Assembly (NCBI GenBank): GCA_046350615.1
Contig: JAXMAA010000001.1
Span: forward strand, 200,480-264,479
From: Candidatus Saccharimonadales bacterium
GTDB lineage: Bacteria; Patescibacteriota; Saccharimonadia; Saccharimonadales; UBA7683
Direction: 5' to 3'
Length of the DNA: 64,000 nucleotides
Both the position numbers and the translations under genes were made by a program. Shown here one piece after another: positions 52,926 through 61,917 of this stretch. The notes beneath the pieces are model-generated. The model made no database searches. It was not told the DNA's origin and saw only the letters and a program-made list of their open reading frames with translations. Position 1 is the stretch's first letter; each line of letters opens with the position of its first letter.

Positions 52926-55130
52926 CTAAGCTGATCCAGTCAATTCCCCTTCATCTGCCACTTCACCACCGCCAAACACATCATCAAGGCTGGAGACTAG
53001 TACATCTCGAGGTCGGGCGCCATCAGCGGGTCCGATAATACCTTGTTCTTCCATATCTTCAATTAAGCGGGCGGCACGAGCGTAGCCAACTCGTAAGCGT
53101 CGCTGCAGCAGGCTGGCGGAGGCTTTACCACTTTCAATTACGCAGCGAACGGCGTCTTGAAACATTGCATCATCACTACCGGTATCGCTATCCATAACAA
53201 GGCCACCCTTACCAGAAATCTGGACTGGCTGGGTTACTACCTCATCATTATATTCTGGAGGTCGCTGCATCTTAATAAAGTCTGTTACTTTCATTACTTC
53301 GGGATCATCAACAAACACACCTTGCACACGACGTGGCTTTGGATTGGCCGCCGTTGTGATAAGTAGATCGCCCTTGCCGAGAAGCTTTTCGGCCCCCGCT
53401 TGATCAATAATAGTCCGTGAATCAATCTGACTTGCCACCGTAAACGCAATACGAGCCGGAATATTTGCCTTAATCAAGCCAGTAATAACGTCAACGCTTG
53501 GACGTTGAGTTGCAAGCACTAAATGGATACCGACAGCACGAGCTTTTTGGGCAATGCGGACAATGAGCGCCTCAACATCGCGAGCCGCCAGCATCATCAA
53601 ATCCGCCAGCTCATCGATAACAATCACAATGTAGGGCATGTGATCTTCTTTATTAGCGGCATTATAGCCAGCAATATTACGTTGCTTCTTTTCGGCCAAG
53701 TGCGTGTAGCGGCGCTCCATCTCATTCACCGCCCACTTCAGTGCTGAGATACATTTTTCTGGCTCTGTGATAACCTCTGTTAAAAGATGTGGCATATGGT
53801 TATATGGTGCGAGCTCAACCTGTTTTGGATCTACTAAAATCATCTTAAGATCGGCCGGCGAATTTCGATACAACAAGCTGGTAAGCAGTGTGTTGATCAT
53901 CACCGATTTACCAGAACCCGTTTGACCAGCAATCAGCAAATGCGGCATGCTCTCAAGCTCACCGATGACCGCCTGCCCAGATATGTCTTTACCAATTGCA
54001 AAACCAAGTGGTGAGCCACTGTTCTTCCAGTTATTCGATTCTAAAATGCTACGCAGGTTGACCATTGCCGCTTTTTTGTTCGGCACCTCAATACCAACTG
54101 CACGTTTACCAGGGATCGGAGCCTCAATACGGATCGCCTCCGCGCCAAGGCTCAAAGCTAAGTTACCATCAAGTGAAGAGATCTTGGAAAGTCGTACTCC
54201 GGATGGTGGTTTCAGCGTATATTGGGTAACCTTTGGCCCAACGTTGGCCTCCTCCATCTCAACACTAATCTTGAAATCCGCCATGGTATCTTTAATGACC
54301 TGTGCGTTGTGTTTAATATCGCCTGCGTCAGCCTTGCTCTGTTTGTTACTTAATAGATCGAGTTCAGGCAGGTTCCAATTAGGATCGCTTGCCATGGTAA
54401 GCGCATTTTTGTTCTCTTCAATCTTATCTTGCACAACTGAGTTTTTTAAAGAAGAAAGGCGTGGCTTGGCCTCCTCTTTACCTCCTTCGGTGTCCTCTTC
54501 CAACAATCCACCGGTATTAAGTTTGAGTTCTGGCTCTTTACCGACATCCTTCTTTTGCAAACCATCCTCAGGCAACTCATCACGCTTAAAGATGCCGAAG
54601 AACGCCAAGAAGACACTTTTAATTGGAATTTTAAAGATAAACAGAACTGAGAGGAGAATGAGTGCAAACAAAACAACACCAGCGGCAATCGGACTTAAAA
54701 AGCCACTTAAAAACTGGTCGAACGTAGCGCCGACCATACCACCACCCTTGCCCGCGTTTACTACCTGAGCAGATTCAAATTTATCAACAAACAGATGCAG
54801 AAAGCTGCTCAAGCTTGCTATAAATACAAATGCACCAAAGTAGACACTAAGCGAGAGACGATTATCCTCAGAAAGCATCTTTTGTACTGTCAGTACAATG
54901 AGTACCAACGGCAGCACGAAAGCACTATAGCCAAACAGTGTTCGGGAGGCATCAAGCAACCCTTGAGGGAATGGGCCTGCCAGATTGAAAATTGCCAGAA
55001 TGAGGAGCACTGCGGTTAACCCGATAACGATACTAACCACCTGCTCCCACCAACCACTCGGCAGCAGATGCTGAGCCTTAGGTGGCGCATTCTTTGCAGA
55101 TTTCTTAGATGCCTTTTTTCTTTTTGCCAT
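52926..55130 (-). CDS. ftsK: DNA translocase FtsK/SpoIIIE
   Basis: N-terminal TM helices, Walker A GQTGSGKSV, Walker B VIVIDELADL, C-terminal gamma (winged-helix) domain. Confidence 0.9.
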   Translation of the reverse strand: MAKRKKASKKSAKNAPPKAQHLLPSGWWEQVVSIVIGLTAVLLILAIFNLAGPFPQGLLDASRTLFGYSAFVLPLVLIVLTVQKMLSEDNRLSLSVYFGAFVFIASLSSFLHLFVDKFESAQVVNAGKGGGMVGATFDQFLSGFLSPIAAGVVLFALILLSVLFIFKIPIKSVFLAFFGIFKRDELPEDGLQKKDVGKEPELKLNTGGLLEEDTEGGKEEAKPRLSSLKNSVVQDKIEENKNALTMASDPNWNLPELDLLSNKQSKADAGDIKHNAQVIKDTMADFKISVEMEEANVGPKVTQYTLKPPSGVRLSKISSLDGNLALSLGAEAIRIEAPIPGKRAVGIEVPNKKAAMVNLRSILESNNWKNSGSPLGFAIGKDISGQAVIGELESMPHLLIAGQTGSGKSVMINTLLTSLLYRNSPADLKMILVDPKQVELAPYNHMPHLLTEVITEPEKCISALKWAVNEMERRYTHLAEKKQRNIAGYNAANKEDHMPYIVIVIDELADLMMLAARDVEALIVRIAQKARAVGIHLVLATQRPSVDVITGLIKANIPARIAFTVASQIDSRTIIDQAGAEKLLGKGDLLITTAANPKPRRVQGVFVDDPEVMKVTDFIKMQRPPEYNDEVVTQPVQISGKGGLVMDSDTGSDDAMFQDAVRCVIESGKASASLLQRRLRVGYARAARLIEDMEEQGIIGPADGARPRDVLVSSLDDVFGGGEVADEGELTGSA

Positions 55131-55196
55131 TACCCTAGTAGTATACCATAAGCGTTATAAAATTACAACAGTTATTTGCAATTGCTTCAACCGGCC

Positions 55197-55745
55197 TTAT
55201 GTAGTGACCGCATCAATGATCTCAGAAAACCTTCTGGTCATCGCCTCGTCTACCGTTTTTTGTTCAAAATCCAGATCATTACTCGTAACAACGGCAAAAC
55301 GATGATAGACCTCGCCACCCATAGTTCGCGCCACATCTTGAAGATGTACGCATGGTAGCAGTGCCGTAGATCCAGAACCCACACCAACGAGTACTACTTG
55401 TTTACCCTCAAGAGCGTCACCAAGCATGCAATCGAGAGCATTTTTTAGAACGCCCGTGTACGAACCGTTATAAATAGGGCTCACCAGACATACAACTTCG
55501 GCTTCAGCGATTGCGACCGCAAGCCCTTCAACATTTCCGTCATTGCTCAAACTTGGGTTCTTGTGCCAAGCATGTTGGGCAAGCGGTAAGGGCTTATACC
55601 CCAGCTTCCAAATCACTGGCTTTACACCTAGATCTAAAGCACGCTCTTCGATCACATCAACTATGAAATTACTCTTTGATTCTTCTTGCCGTACACTGCC
55701 ACCAATTATTAACATCTTCTTACTCATGAAATCATCATAACACAT
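55197..55745 (-). CDS. NAD(P)H-dependent FMN reductase family protein
   Basis: MLIIGGSVRQ... and SPIYNGSYTGVLKNALD motifs. The start may be Met at 55727. Confidence 0.7.
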   Translation of the reverse strand: MCYDDFMSKKMLIIGGSVRQEESKSNFIVDVIEERALDLGVKPVIWKLGYKPLPLAQHAWHKNPSLSNDGNVEGLAVAIAEAEVVCLVSPIYNGSYTGVLKNALDCMLGDALEGKQVVLVGVGSGSTALLPCVHLQDVARTMGGEVYHRFAVVTSNDLDFEQKTVDEAMTRRFSEIIDAVTT

Positions 55746-55752
55746 TTAACTA

Positions 55753-55780
55753 TTGAAATATATAGAAAGTTTGATATAAT
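55753..55780 (+). promoter_or_regulatory. sigma-70-type promoter giving a leaderless or near-leaderless ArsR-family transcript
   Basis: TTGAAA (55753-55758), 16-nt spacer, TATAAT (55775-55780). The GTG start at 55789 is only 8 nt downstream of the -10 element. Confidence 0.45.
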
Positions 55781-55788
55781 AAAATCTA

Positions 55789-56118
55789 GTGGAAGATCTA
55801 TCAAAGTTATTTAGCGCCCTAAGCAACCCTGTCCGACTGGAAATATATCAGCGAATACTCACTGAGGCTTGTGAGTGCGAGCTTGATAACAAAAAAAGTA
55901 TTTCTGGTAACTGCGTTGGTGAGCTTGCAAAAGATCTAAAGCTTAACCAGCCTACTGTTTCGAACCACATTAAAGAACTCATTGCCGCTGACCTCATCGG
56001 TATTCGCAAAGTTGGCACTAGATCTTACTTGTTCGGGACTAAACAGTCGGTAAGTGACATGGGTGCTTTTGCTAACCACATTTACGCAGAAGTAAATCGC
56101 ACCCCTAACTCGTTCTAG
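55789..56118 (+). CDS. ArsR/SmtB-family transcriptional regulator
   Basis: ALSNPVRLEIYQRIL and ...LNQPTVSNHIKELIAADLI HTH. Confidence 0.8.
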   Translation: MEDLSKLFSALSNPVRLEIYQRILTEACECELDNKKSISGNCVGELAKDLKLNQPTVSNHIKELIAADLIGIRKVGTRSYLFGTKQSVSDMGAFANHIYAEVNRTPNSF

Positions 56119-56122
56119 TATT

Positions 56123-57370
56123 ATGTGTAACATCAAAAGACTACATCTAGTTGCCTTACTGAGTGGAGCAAACTTTACTGCAACTATATTCACACTTTAC
56201 TTATTAGCAAATACCATCAGCCTGCAGCAAGTAATTATCTCTCAAATTATTTACGCTGTTGCTTCATTCGTTGGAGAGATACCTTCCGGCATGATTTCCG
56301 ACAAGTTCGGTCATAAGAAAACGGTAATTACCGGCTATGCCACGTTGATGCTCAGCCCCATTATGATGATTCTTGCTCCTTCCGCTACCACCCTCTACAT
56401 CTCACAGGCGTTTAACGGACTAGCTGGTTCTGCGCTCAGCGGAAGTGAAGAAGCTCTATACTACGACTCTTATCAGGAAGAAGGACGCCCAAAGCAAGAT
56501 TTTACAAAATTTTTCTCAAGGTACAGTTCATTACCTATCTTAGGTTTCATTATCGCGTCTATTGTGAGTGGTATTCTACTTCAATTGTTTGATAGCGAGT
56601 CCTATATACCAATCTACCTGCTCAATCTTATTAGCTCCGCAGCAACTACTATTGTTGCTGCCACTTTAGTAAGCACTAAAAAAGAATTGGAGGTTATCGA
56701 AGAGAATCCAATTAGCCTGCTCAGAAATAGTTGGAAGACGGTTCGAAGTAGCAAGATATTATTTTCGCTAGCAATGTTCGGCCTTTTATCACTTAACGGT
56801 GAGTATTTCCTACGTCAGACATACCAGCCATTCTTTCAACAAGTCGGTGTATTACCATTATTTATGGGTGTCGTCCTAGCGGTTGGGTCAGCACTTAACT
56901 TTTTAGTAGTTCGTTACTCGTATAAGTTAGAAAAGTTCATGAATTTAGAGCACATCCTACTGCTTCATACCTTATTACAAGGGTTCTTATTTATCGCTCT
57001 TGGTATGCTAGGTCAGCCTGTAGGCGTGGTGATCCTGTTCGTCTTGCTATTTAGTATGTTCAATGCACAGAACCCTGTTGTGTCTGATTACGTAAACTCT
57101 AGAATTGAACCAAACCGTCGTGCAACTGTACTTTCTACAATTTCTTTCGTACGACAAATTGGGCAAACACTCATACGATTTGTATACGCTATTCTACTTG
57201 GCTACATTGGCGTGGCGCATAGCTACAAAATTCAAGGATTCTATTTAGTACTTGGTGGCTTGCTAGGATACTGGCTTCTTGTTAAATGCGGCTGTACATA
57301 CAAGATTCCACGTCATGAACCTGCGCCTTTACCGACCGAAGTTAAGCAAGGAGGACCATTTGAGCTTTAA
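56123..57370 (+). CDS. MFS transporter
   Basis: 415 aa, about 12 hydrophobic segments, GxxSDKFGHKK-type loop 2-3 motif (GMISDKFGHKKT). Confidence 0.7.
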   Translation: MCNIKRLHLVALLSGANFTATIFTLYLLANTISLQQVIISQIIYAVASFVGEIPSGMISDKFGHKKTVITGYATLMLSPIMMILAPSATTLYISQAFNGLAGSALSGSEEALYYDSYQEEGRPKQDFTKFFSRYSSLPILGFIIASIVSGILLQLFDSESYIPIYLLNLISSAATTIVAATLVSTKKELEVIEENPISLLRNSWKTVRSSKILFSLAMFGLLSLNGEYFLRQTYQPFFQQVGVLPLFMGVVLAVGSALNFLVVRYSYKLEKFMNLEHILLLHTLLQGFLFIALGMLGQPVGVVILFVLLFSMFNAQNPVVSDYVNSRIEPNRRATVLSTISFVRQIGQTLIRFVYAILLGYIGVAHSYKIQGFYLVLGGLLGYWLLVKCGCTYKIPRHEPAPLPTEVKQGGPFEL

Positions 57371-57479
57371 TTCTAGTACAAGAAGTGAAAGCTCACAAAC
57401 AAATTATCAGTTCTGATTTTGCCCGTCTTGGATTAGGTCCCAACTTTGGACGGATCGCGAGCAAGACAATTTTTGAGTT

Positions 57480-57922
57480 ATGGTATACTGGGTAATTATG
57501 TCGGACCACGATCCACACTATTTAGCTGCTACCAATGTTTTGCTGGTGCGAGAAGGCAAAGTTCTCCTTAGCCGCAGGCAGAACAAGGGTTGGGGTGACG
57601 GCATGCTTTGCATTCCAGGAGGCCATGTTGAGCCGGGAGAAACGCCCGCCCAAGCAGCAGTACGTGAGCTGAAGGAAGAGCTCGGTATGCGCATTGATAC
57701 TTTCTTTGCGTTGAAGCAAGACAGTCCCCCGGAAGGAACTATCTCAGTACCATCTTCACGCTCGAAACCGACCAAGAACCAACTAATAATGAACCTCGTG
57801 AGTGTAGCGAATTAGTCTGGGTCGACCCCAAAAACCTCGGTGATGATGTAATCGAAAACTTTAAACTGATCATCCAAAAGGCCTACGTTCATGATAAGCA
57901 CTACATCGAGTTCCAGGCTTAA
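57480..57922 (+). pseudogene. Nudix hydrolase with a frameshift at a C5 run (57726-57730)
   Basis: Nudix box GGHVEPGETPAQAAVRELKEELGM in frame 1 (stop at 57815). The conserved C-terminal part (…NYLSTIFTLETDQEPTNNEPRECSELVWVDPKNL…) continues in the -1 frame to 57922. Confidence 0.7.
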
Positions 57923-57923
57923 G

Positions 57924-58544
57924 CTACACTTTTCGGGCAATTAAGCGGGCGCTGGTGAAGCCCGTTGCATTTCCGGTTTCCTCGTAGTACAGAATCTCCC
58001 AGTCAGCGTAGAGCTGTTTTAGTTCATCTGGTTGCAAGAGAAATGTGAAGTAACCTGGTGCTATGCGCGGATCGGTATGAATTATAGGCTGCTCAATGTA
58101 CGAGCTAATGACATTAATACCGCCCTTTTCTGTTACACGCTGAATATTTTTAATGGATTGATACGCTTCTTCGTTTTTAAGAAAATGCAGCACCATCTCG
58201 CAAACCACTAGGTCGAAGCTGCCTTCTGGAAAATCTGGCAAGGTCTGCTCAAGTACTACTAAGTCCGGCTGTTTTTTAGCCACTTTTTGTAGATATGCAA
58301 CTGCTTCGGGATTTGGGTCAGTCGCCACAACCTTCCAGCTCTTTTTAAGCAAAACCTTTACCTCGTTACCAAAACCAGCGCCAATATCCAATGCTTTGCC
58401 AGCCTTTTGAATATACGAAAGTGCCTTACTAAATGTTGCTCGCTGGCCGCCATAGTAGTAAAAGCCGCCAGATTCAAACTTATTGCGCTGCGTTCTCCCA
58501 AACAAATTTCTGGTTACAATGAACTTCTCAATTTTTTCTTTCAT
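57924..58544 (-). CDS. class I SAM-dependent methyltransferase (TehB-like)
   Basis: ALDIGAGFGNEV motif I, DLVVCEMVLHFL motif. 206 aa. Confidence 0.7.
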   Translation of the reverse strand: MKEKIEKFIVTRNLFGRTQRNKFESGGFYYYGGQRATFSKALSYIQKAGKALDIGAGFGNEVKVLLKKSWKVVATDPNPEAVAYLQKVAKKQPDLVVLEQTLPDFPEGSFDLVVCEMVLHFLKNEEAYQSIKNIQRVTEKGGINVISSYIEQPIIHTDPRIAPGYFTFLLQPDELKQLYADWEILYYEETGNATGFTSARLIARKV

Positions 58545-58637
58545 GATTTTCCTTTTTAATCCCTGTCGAGTGAGTTGGCTAATACCTCAAGCATTGCGAA
58601 CCACCCTATATATTTTCACCGCATTTTTGTCTTTCGA

Positions 58638-58662
58638 GATCCTGAAACAAGTTCAGGATGAC
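58638..58662. repeat. hairpin repeat unit
   Basis: gatcctgaaacaagttcaggatgac, identical to the right unit of 7855-7922 and 48011-48078. Confidence 0.85.
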
Positions 58663-58682
58663 AGATTGTGCCGCTTGCTGAA

Positions 58683-60674
58683 TTAACGGCCGGAATCTGC
58701 TTGGGGTTTTGGTTTTTGACTGCTTTGGCCGTTTGGCCCTATGACGTTTACAACTGGAATGAGGACGGGGCTGCGGCGAGTGTGTTCGTACAGGTAATGG
58801 CCAATGTGGTCTTTTAGTTCTTGCTTGAAGCGATCGAGGTCCACTCGAGTGAAGCGCTGTGAGGCGGCTCTTTTAAGCTCGTTTCTGAGGCCATCCATGA
58901 GCTCGGTGTTGTCTCGAATATAGATGAAACCACGAGTGATGATATCAGGACTCGTGAGCAAACGACCAGTTTTACGATCTACTGTAAGCATCACCACTAC
59001 CATACCTTCTTCGCTCATCAACAAACGATCCTTGGCTACCAAGCCAGGAACAACCGCCCCGGTTTGATCTACCAAAACTGCGCCAGCGGGCGCCTCTTGG
59101 CCTTCATACATCTTGCCGTCTTTATCGAATTCAACGATTGAACCATTTCGAGCAAGTATCACCTGCTCTCGACTCATACCCGCCTCAATAGCTATGTCTT
59201 TGTGGTAAGTGCGATCAAGCATACTTCCATGGTGTGGTAGTAACCATTTTGGTCGTGTGAGCTCAATCATTTCTCGGTGCTCATCACGACGAGCGTGACC
59301 AGAAACGTGTAGAGGACCACAGCCGTCAACATCTGTCGATACGGCCCTAAATAAGTGCACGCCCAACTCCGCAAGGTCAGCACCAATCTGTTGGTAGCGG
59401 ATTTCGTTGCCAGGAATTGGTGTAGAGCTAATCACTACGGTATCTTCGCTCTTAAGCTTAATGTGTTTGTGCTCGCCAATACTCATACGCTGCAACGCCG
59501 CGTTTGGCTCTCCCTGGCCACCAGTACAGACCACCACCAGCTGATCGTCTTTGACATTTGGCGCTTCGCGCATTGGCACAACAGTTCCTTTTGGAATCTT
59601 GAGGTTGCCCAGACGCACTGCCAGCTCTGCCACCCACATCATAGAACGGCCGTCAAATGCTACCTTTTTGCCTGCAGCAGCGGCGGAGTTAATAATCATC
59701 TGAATGCGATTCATGTTAGTCGAGAAGATTGCCACAAAAATTCTGCCGGGAGCCCGAGCAAAAATGTCATCAAAGCTTTTTTGTAGCGTATGTTCAGTCT
59801 GTGTTCTGCCAACGGCATCAGTGTAGCTGCTTTCGCTCATCAAGAGCAGAACACCCTCGTCACCGGCCTGTCTTAGACGAGCGATGTCTGATGGCTGATG
59901 ATCAAGTGGCTCAGGATCAAGCCTAAAATCGCCCGTGTTGATAATCCTTCCAACAGGTGTATCTATGATAACTGCCGAGGCGTCAGGAATGGAGTGAGTG
60001 ATCCGTATACATTCAATTGTAAACGGCCCAATCACTAGGCGCTGGTGATTATCCATATGCATCTCAACCAACTCTGGTTCAAAATCGATACCGTTTTCTT
60101 GTGAGTTCTCAAACTGCTTACCAACCATACCAACAGTAAAGTGACTGCCGTAAATTGGTGCCGGATACTTTGGCACTACATACGGCAAGCCACCTGTGTG
60201 GTCCATGTGGCCATGCGTGATCACATAGCCGCGAATTTTATCTTTAATTGTTTCTAAATAATTAGTGGCAGGGATAGCGAAGTTAACACCGGGTAGATCA
60301 ACTGAGAGATCAAAACCGCAATCTACCACAATGGCATCGTTGCCGTATTCAATCACCGACATGTTCTTCTCACCGATACCCTCTAGGCCTCCGAGGATGG
60401 TAATGCGAAGTCGCTCAGGTTGCAGCTTTGGAATAGTCTCAACTTGATGTTCGTGATGCTTTTCAAACACATTCCACCGATCAACCGCCTTATCAGCTGT
60501 TTCAAAATTACGTCGACCGGCGCGCATTGCCTCGCCCCGATTGGTTTGCATTTGACTGATCTGCACCCGCTTTTGCGGCTGCCCATTTTGCCTACTCTTA
60601 TTTTCGTACTTATTCACCTTCTCCCGTCTTTGTTCGGGCTCTTTTGGCTGCATTCTTGGTTTTACCATATTCAT
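58683..60674 (-). CDS. rnj: ribonuclease J (metallo-beta-lactamase/beta-CASP) with basic N-terminal extension
   Basis: ITHGHMDHTGG motif, beta-CASP region, C-terminal domain. 663 aa. Confidence 0.85.
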   Translation of the reverse strand: MNMVKPRMQPKEPEQRREKVNKYENKSRQNGQPQKRVQISQMQTNRGEAMRAGRRNFETADKAVDRWNVFEKHHEHQVETIPKLQPERLRITILGGLEGIGEKNMSVIEYGNDAIVVDCGFDLSVDLPGVNFAIPATNYLETIKDKIRGYVITHGHMDHTGGLPYVVPKYPAPIYGSHFTVGMVGKQFENSQENGIDFEPELVEMHMDNHQRLVIGPFTIECIRITHSIPDASAVIIDTPVGRIINTGDFRLDPEPLDHQPSDIARLRQAGDEGVLLLMSESSYTDAVGRTQTEHTLQKSFDDIFARAPGRIFVAIFSTNMNRIQMIINSAAAAGKKVAFDGRSMMWVAELAVRLGNLKIPKGTVVPMREAPNVKDDQLVVVCTGGQGEPNAALQRMSIGEHKHIKLKSEDTVVISSTPIPGNEIRYQQIGADLAELGVHLFRAVSTDVDGCGPLHVSGHARRDEHREMIELTRPKWLLPHHGSMLDRTYHKDIAIEAGMSREQVILARNGSIVEFDKDGKMYEGQEAPAGAVLVDQTGAVVPGLVAKDRLLMSEEGMVVVMLTVDRKTGRLLTSPDIITRGFIYIRDNTELMDGLRNELKRAASQRFTRVDLDRFKQELKDHIGHYLYEHTRRSPVLIPVVNVIGPNGQSSQKPKPQADSGR

Positions 60675-60812
60675 TTACTCCTTTGTCGTAAACTATTTAT
60701 CATTTTGCATGTTTCATTGATCATAGATGTAACATTTAACATGTAGTTGCTCGAGCCGAAAGGCTGATACATGTTACATGAAAAATCTATGCTACTTGTT
60801 ACATGAGACATG

Positions 60813-61511
60813 CTAAATCTTCTCCAATATAGCTGGAATTCGGCTGAAGTCGTCCAGAAGTGTTTGACGCATGCCACCGTTATACAGTGCCGCTGCCGGA
60901 TGAAACAGCGGTAGGACAACCAAACTGTAGGTACTCTGCTGTGTTGATGCCTCCGCTGCTCGTTCTTCGTATTGTCCATACGCATCACTCTGCTGCTCGG
61001 CCTCACCTTGCATACCACCCGCAGTTTGGCTCCCCATCTTGCCTCCTGATTCATTCCTCTTGATTCTAATCCTTTTTGGCTCACCGTGGATGGCACTAAT
61101 TTTTTGGCTCGGCAGAAAATATTCCATGCTGTGCCGACCTAATGTTACTACCAACTCTGGTTGTATAACATCGAGTTGACGCACCAAGTATGGCCAAAAA
61201 GCCTTCTTCTCATCCGGTTCAGGGTCACGATTATTCGGTGGCCGATACTTCACAATATTGGTGATATAAATATCTTCGCGTTTCATCCCGATACTTTCCA
61301 GCATCTCGTTTAAGAACTTGCCAGCTGCACCCACAAAAGGCTTCCCCTGTTCATCTTCATTCTTACCTGGCGCTTCACCAATAAAAACAATGTCTGCATC
61401 AGGGTTCCCATCCGCAAACACCAACTGCGTCGCCCCATCACGCAGCTCAGGACAAACATTGTTTTTCACAATATCATCCGCAATTTTCTGTAGGTCATCT
61501 TTTTTACTCAT
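60813..61511 (-). CDS. udg: family 4 uracil-DNA glycosylase with an internal low-complexity insertion
   Basis: VFIGEAPGKNEDEQGKPFVGAAGKFLNEML and ...LPLFHPAAALY motifs. About 45 extra residues lie between the HG and HP motifs. Confidence 0.8.
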   Translation of the reverse strand: MSKKDDLQKIADDIVKNNVCPELRDGATQLVFADGNPDADIVFIGEAPGKNEDEQGKPFVGAAGKFLNEMLESIGMKREDIYITNIVKYRPPNNRDPEPDEKKAFWPYLVRQLDVIQPELVVTLGRHSMEYFLPSQKISAIHGEPKRIRIKRNESGGKMGSQTAGGMQGEAEQQSDAYGQYEERAAEASTQQSTYSLVVLPLFHPAAALYNGGMRQTLLDDFSRIPAILEKI

Positions 61512-61523
61512 TCTTAGAGCAGT

Positions 61524-61916
61524 CTACTTTCGTTTCTTTGCTATCAGATAGCCGACAATAATACCGCTGAACATCATTAAGAATGCACCCGTTACCGTAT
61601 AGCCATCATTGCCAGACCAATCCGAGGGGCCAGCCGCAAAACGCCAGCCCACTATAAACAAAGTGATTGCTGCTAAGCTTAAGCTCCCGTCTATAAGCTT
61701 GCTCTTGGTTAGGCTCTTTCTCATGAACACTAATGCAATAGCAAAGGCTATAAGTATTATGCTGAGCGGGCTTGTGATGTACATTAATGCTTCTCGAGAA
61801 ACGGTAAGCCCAAAGAATGTTTTTGCATTTCCCACTACACCCGAGAGCAATAAACAAGCAACAATTAGTCCCCAAACCTTTTTTGTATCTACGTACTTCT
61901 GCGCAGCTTTACCCAC
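61524..61916 (-). CDS. small polytopic membrane protein
   Basis: 130 aa, four hydrophobic helices. Confidence 0.5.
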   Translation of the reverse strand: MGKAAQKYVDTKKVWGLIVACLLLSGVVGNAKTFFGLTVSREALMYITSPLSIILIAFAIALVFMRKSLTKSKLIDGSLSLAAITLFIVGWRFAAGPSDWSGNDGYTVTGAFLMMFSGIIVGYLIAKKRK

Positions 61917-61917
61917 A

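Noticed and set aside
53947-54768. 273-aa ORF on the plus strand
   Set aside because: It is antisense to ftsK and has a Ser/Leu/Pro-rich shadow-ORF composition.
60671-61096. 141-aa ORF overlapping the 3' part of udg
   Set aside because: It is on the same strand but out of frame with a well-supported UDG gene, extends over the GTTACATG-motif spacer, and shows no independent signals.
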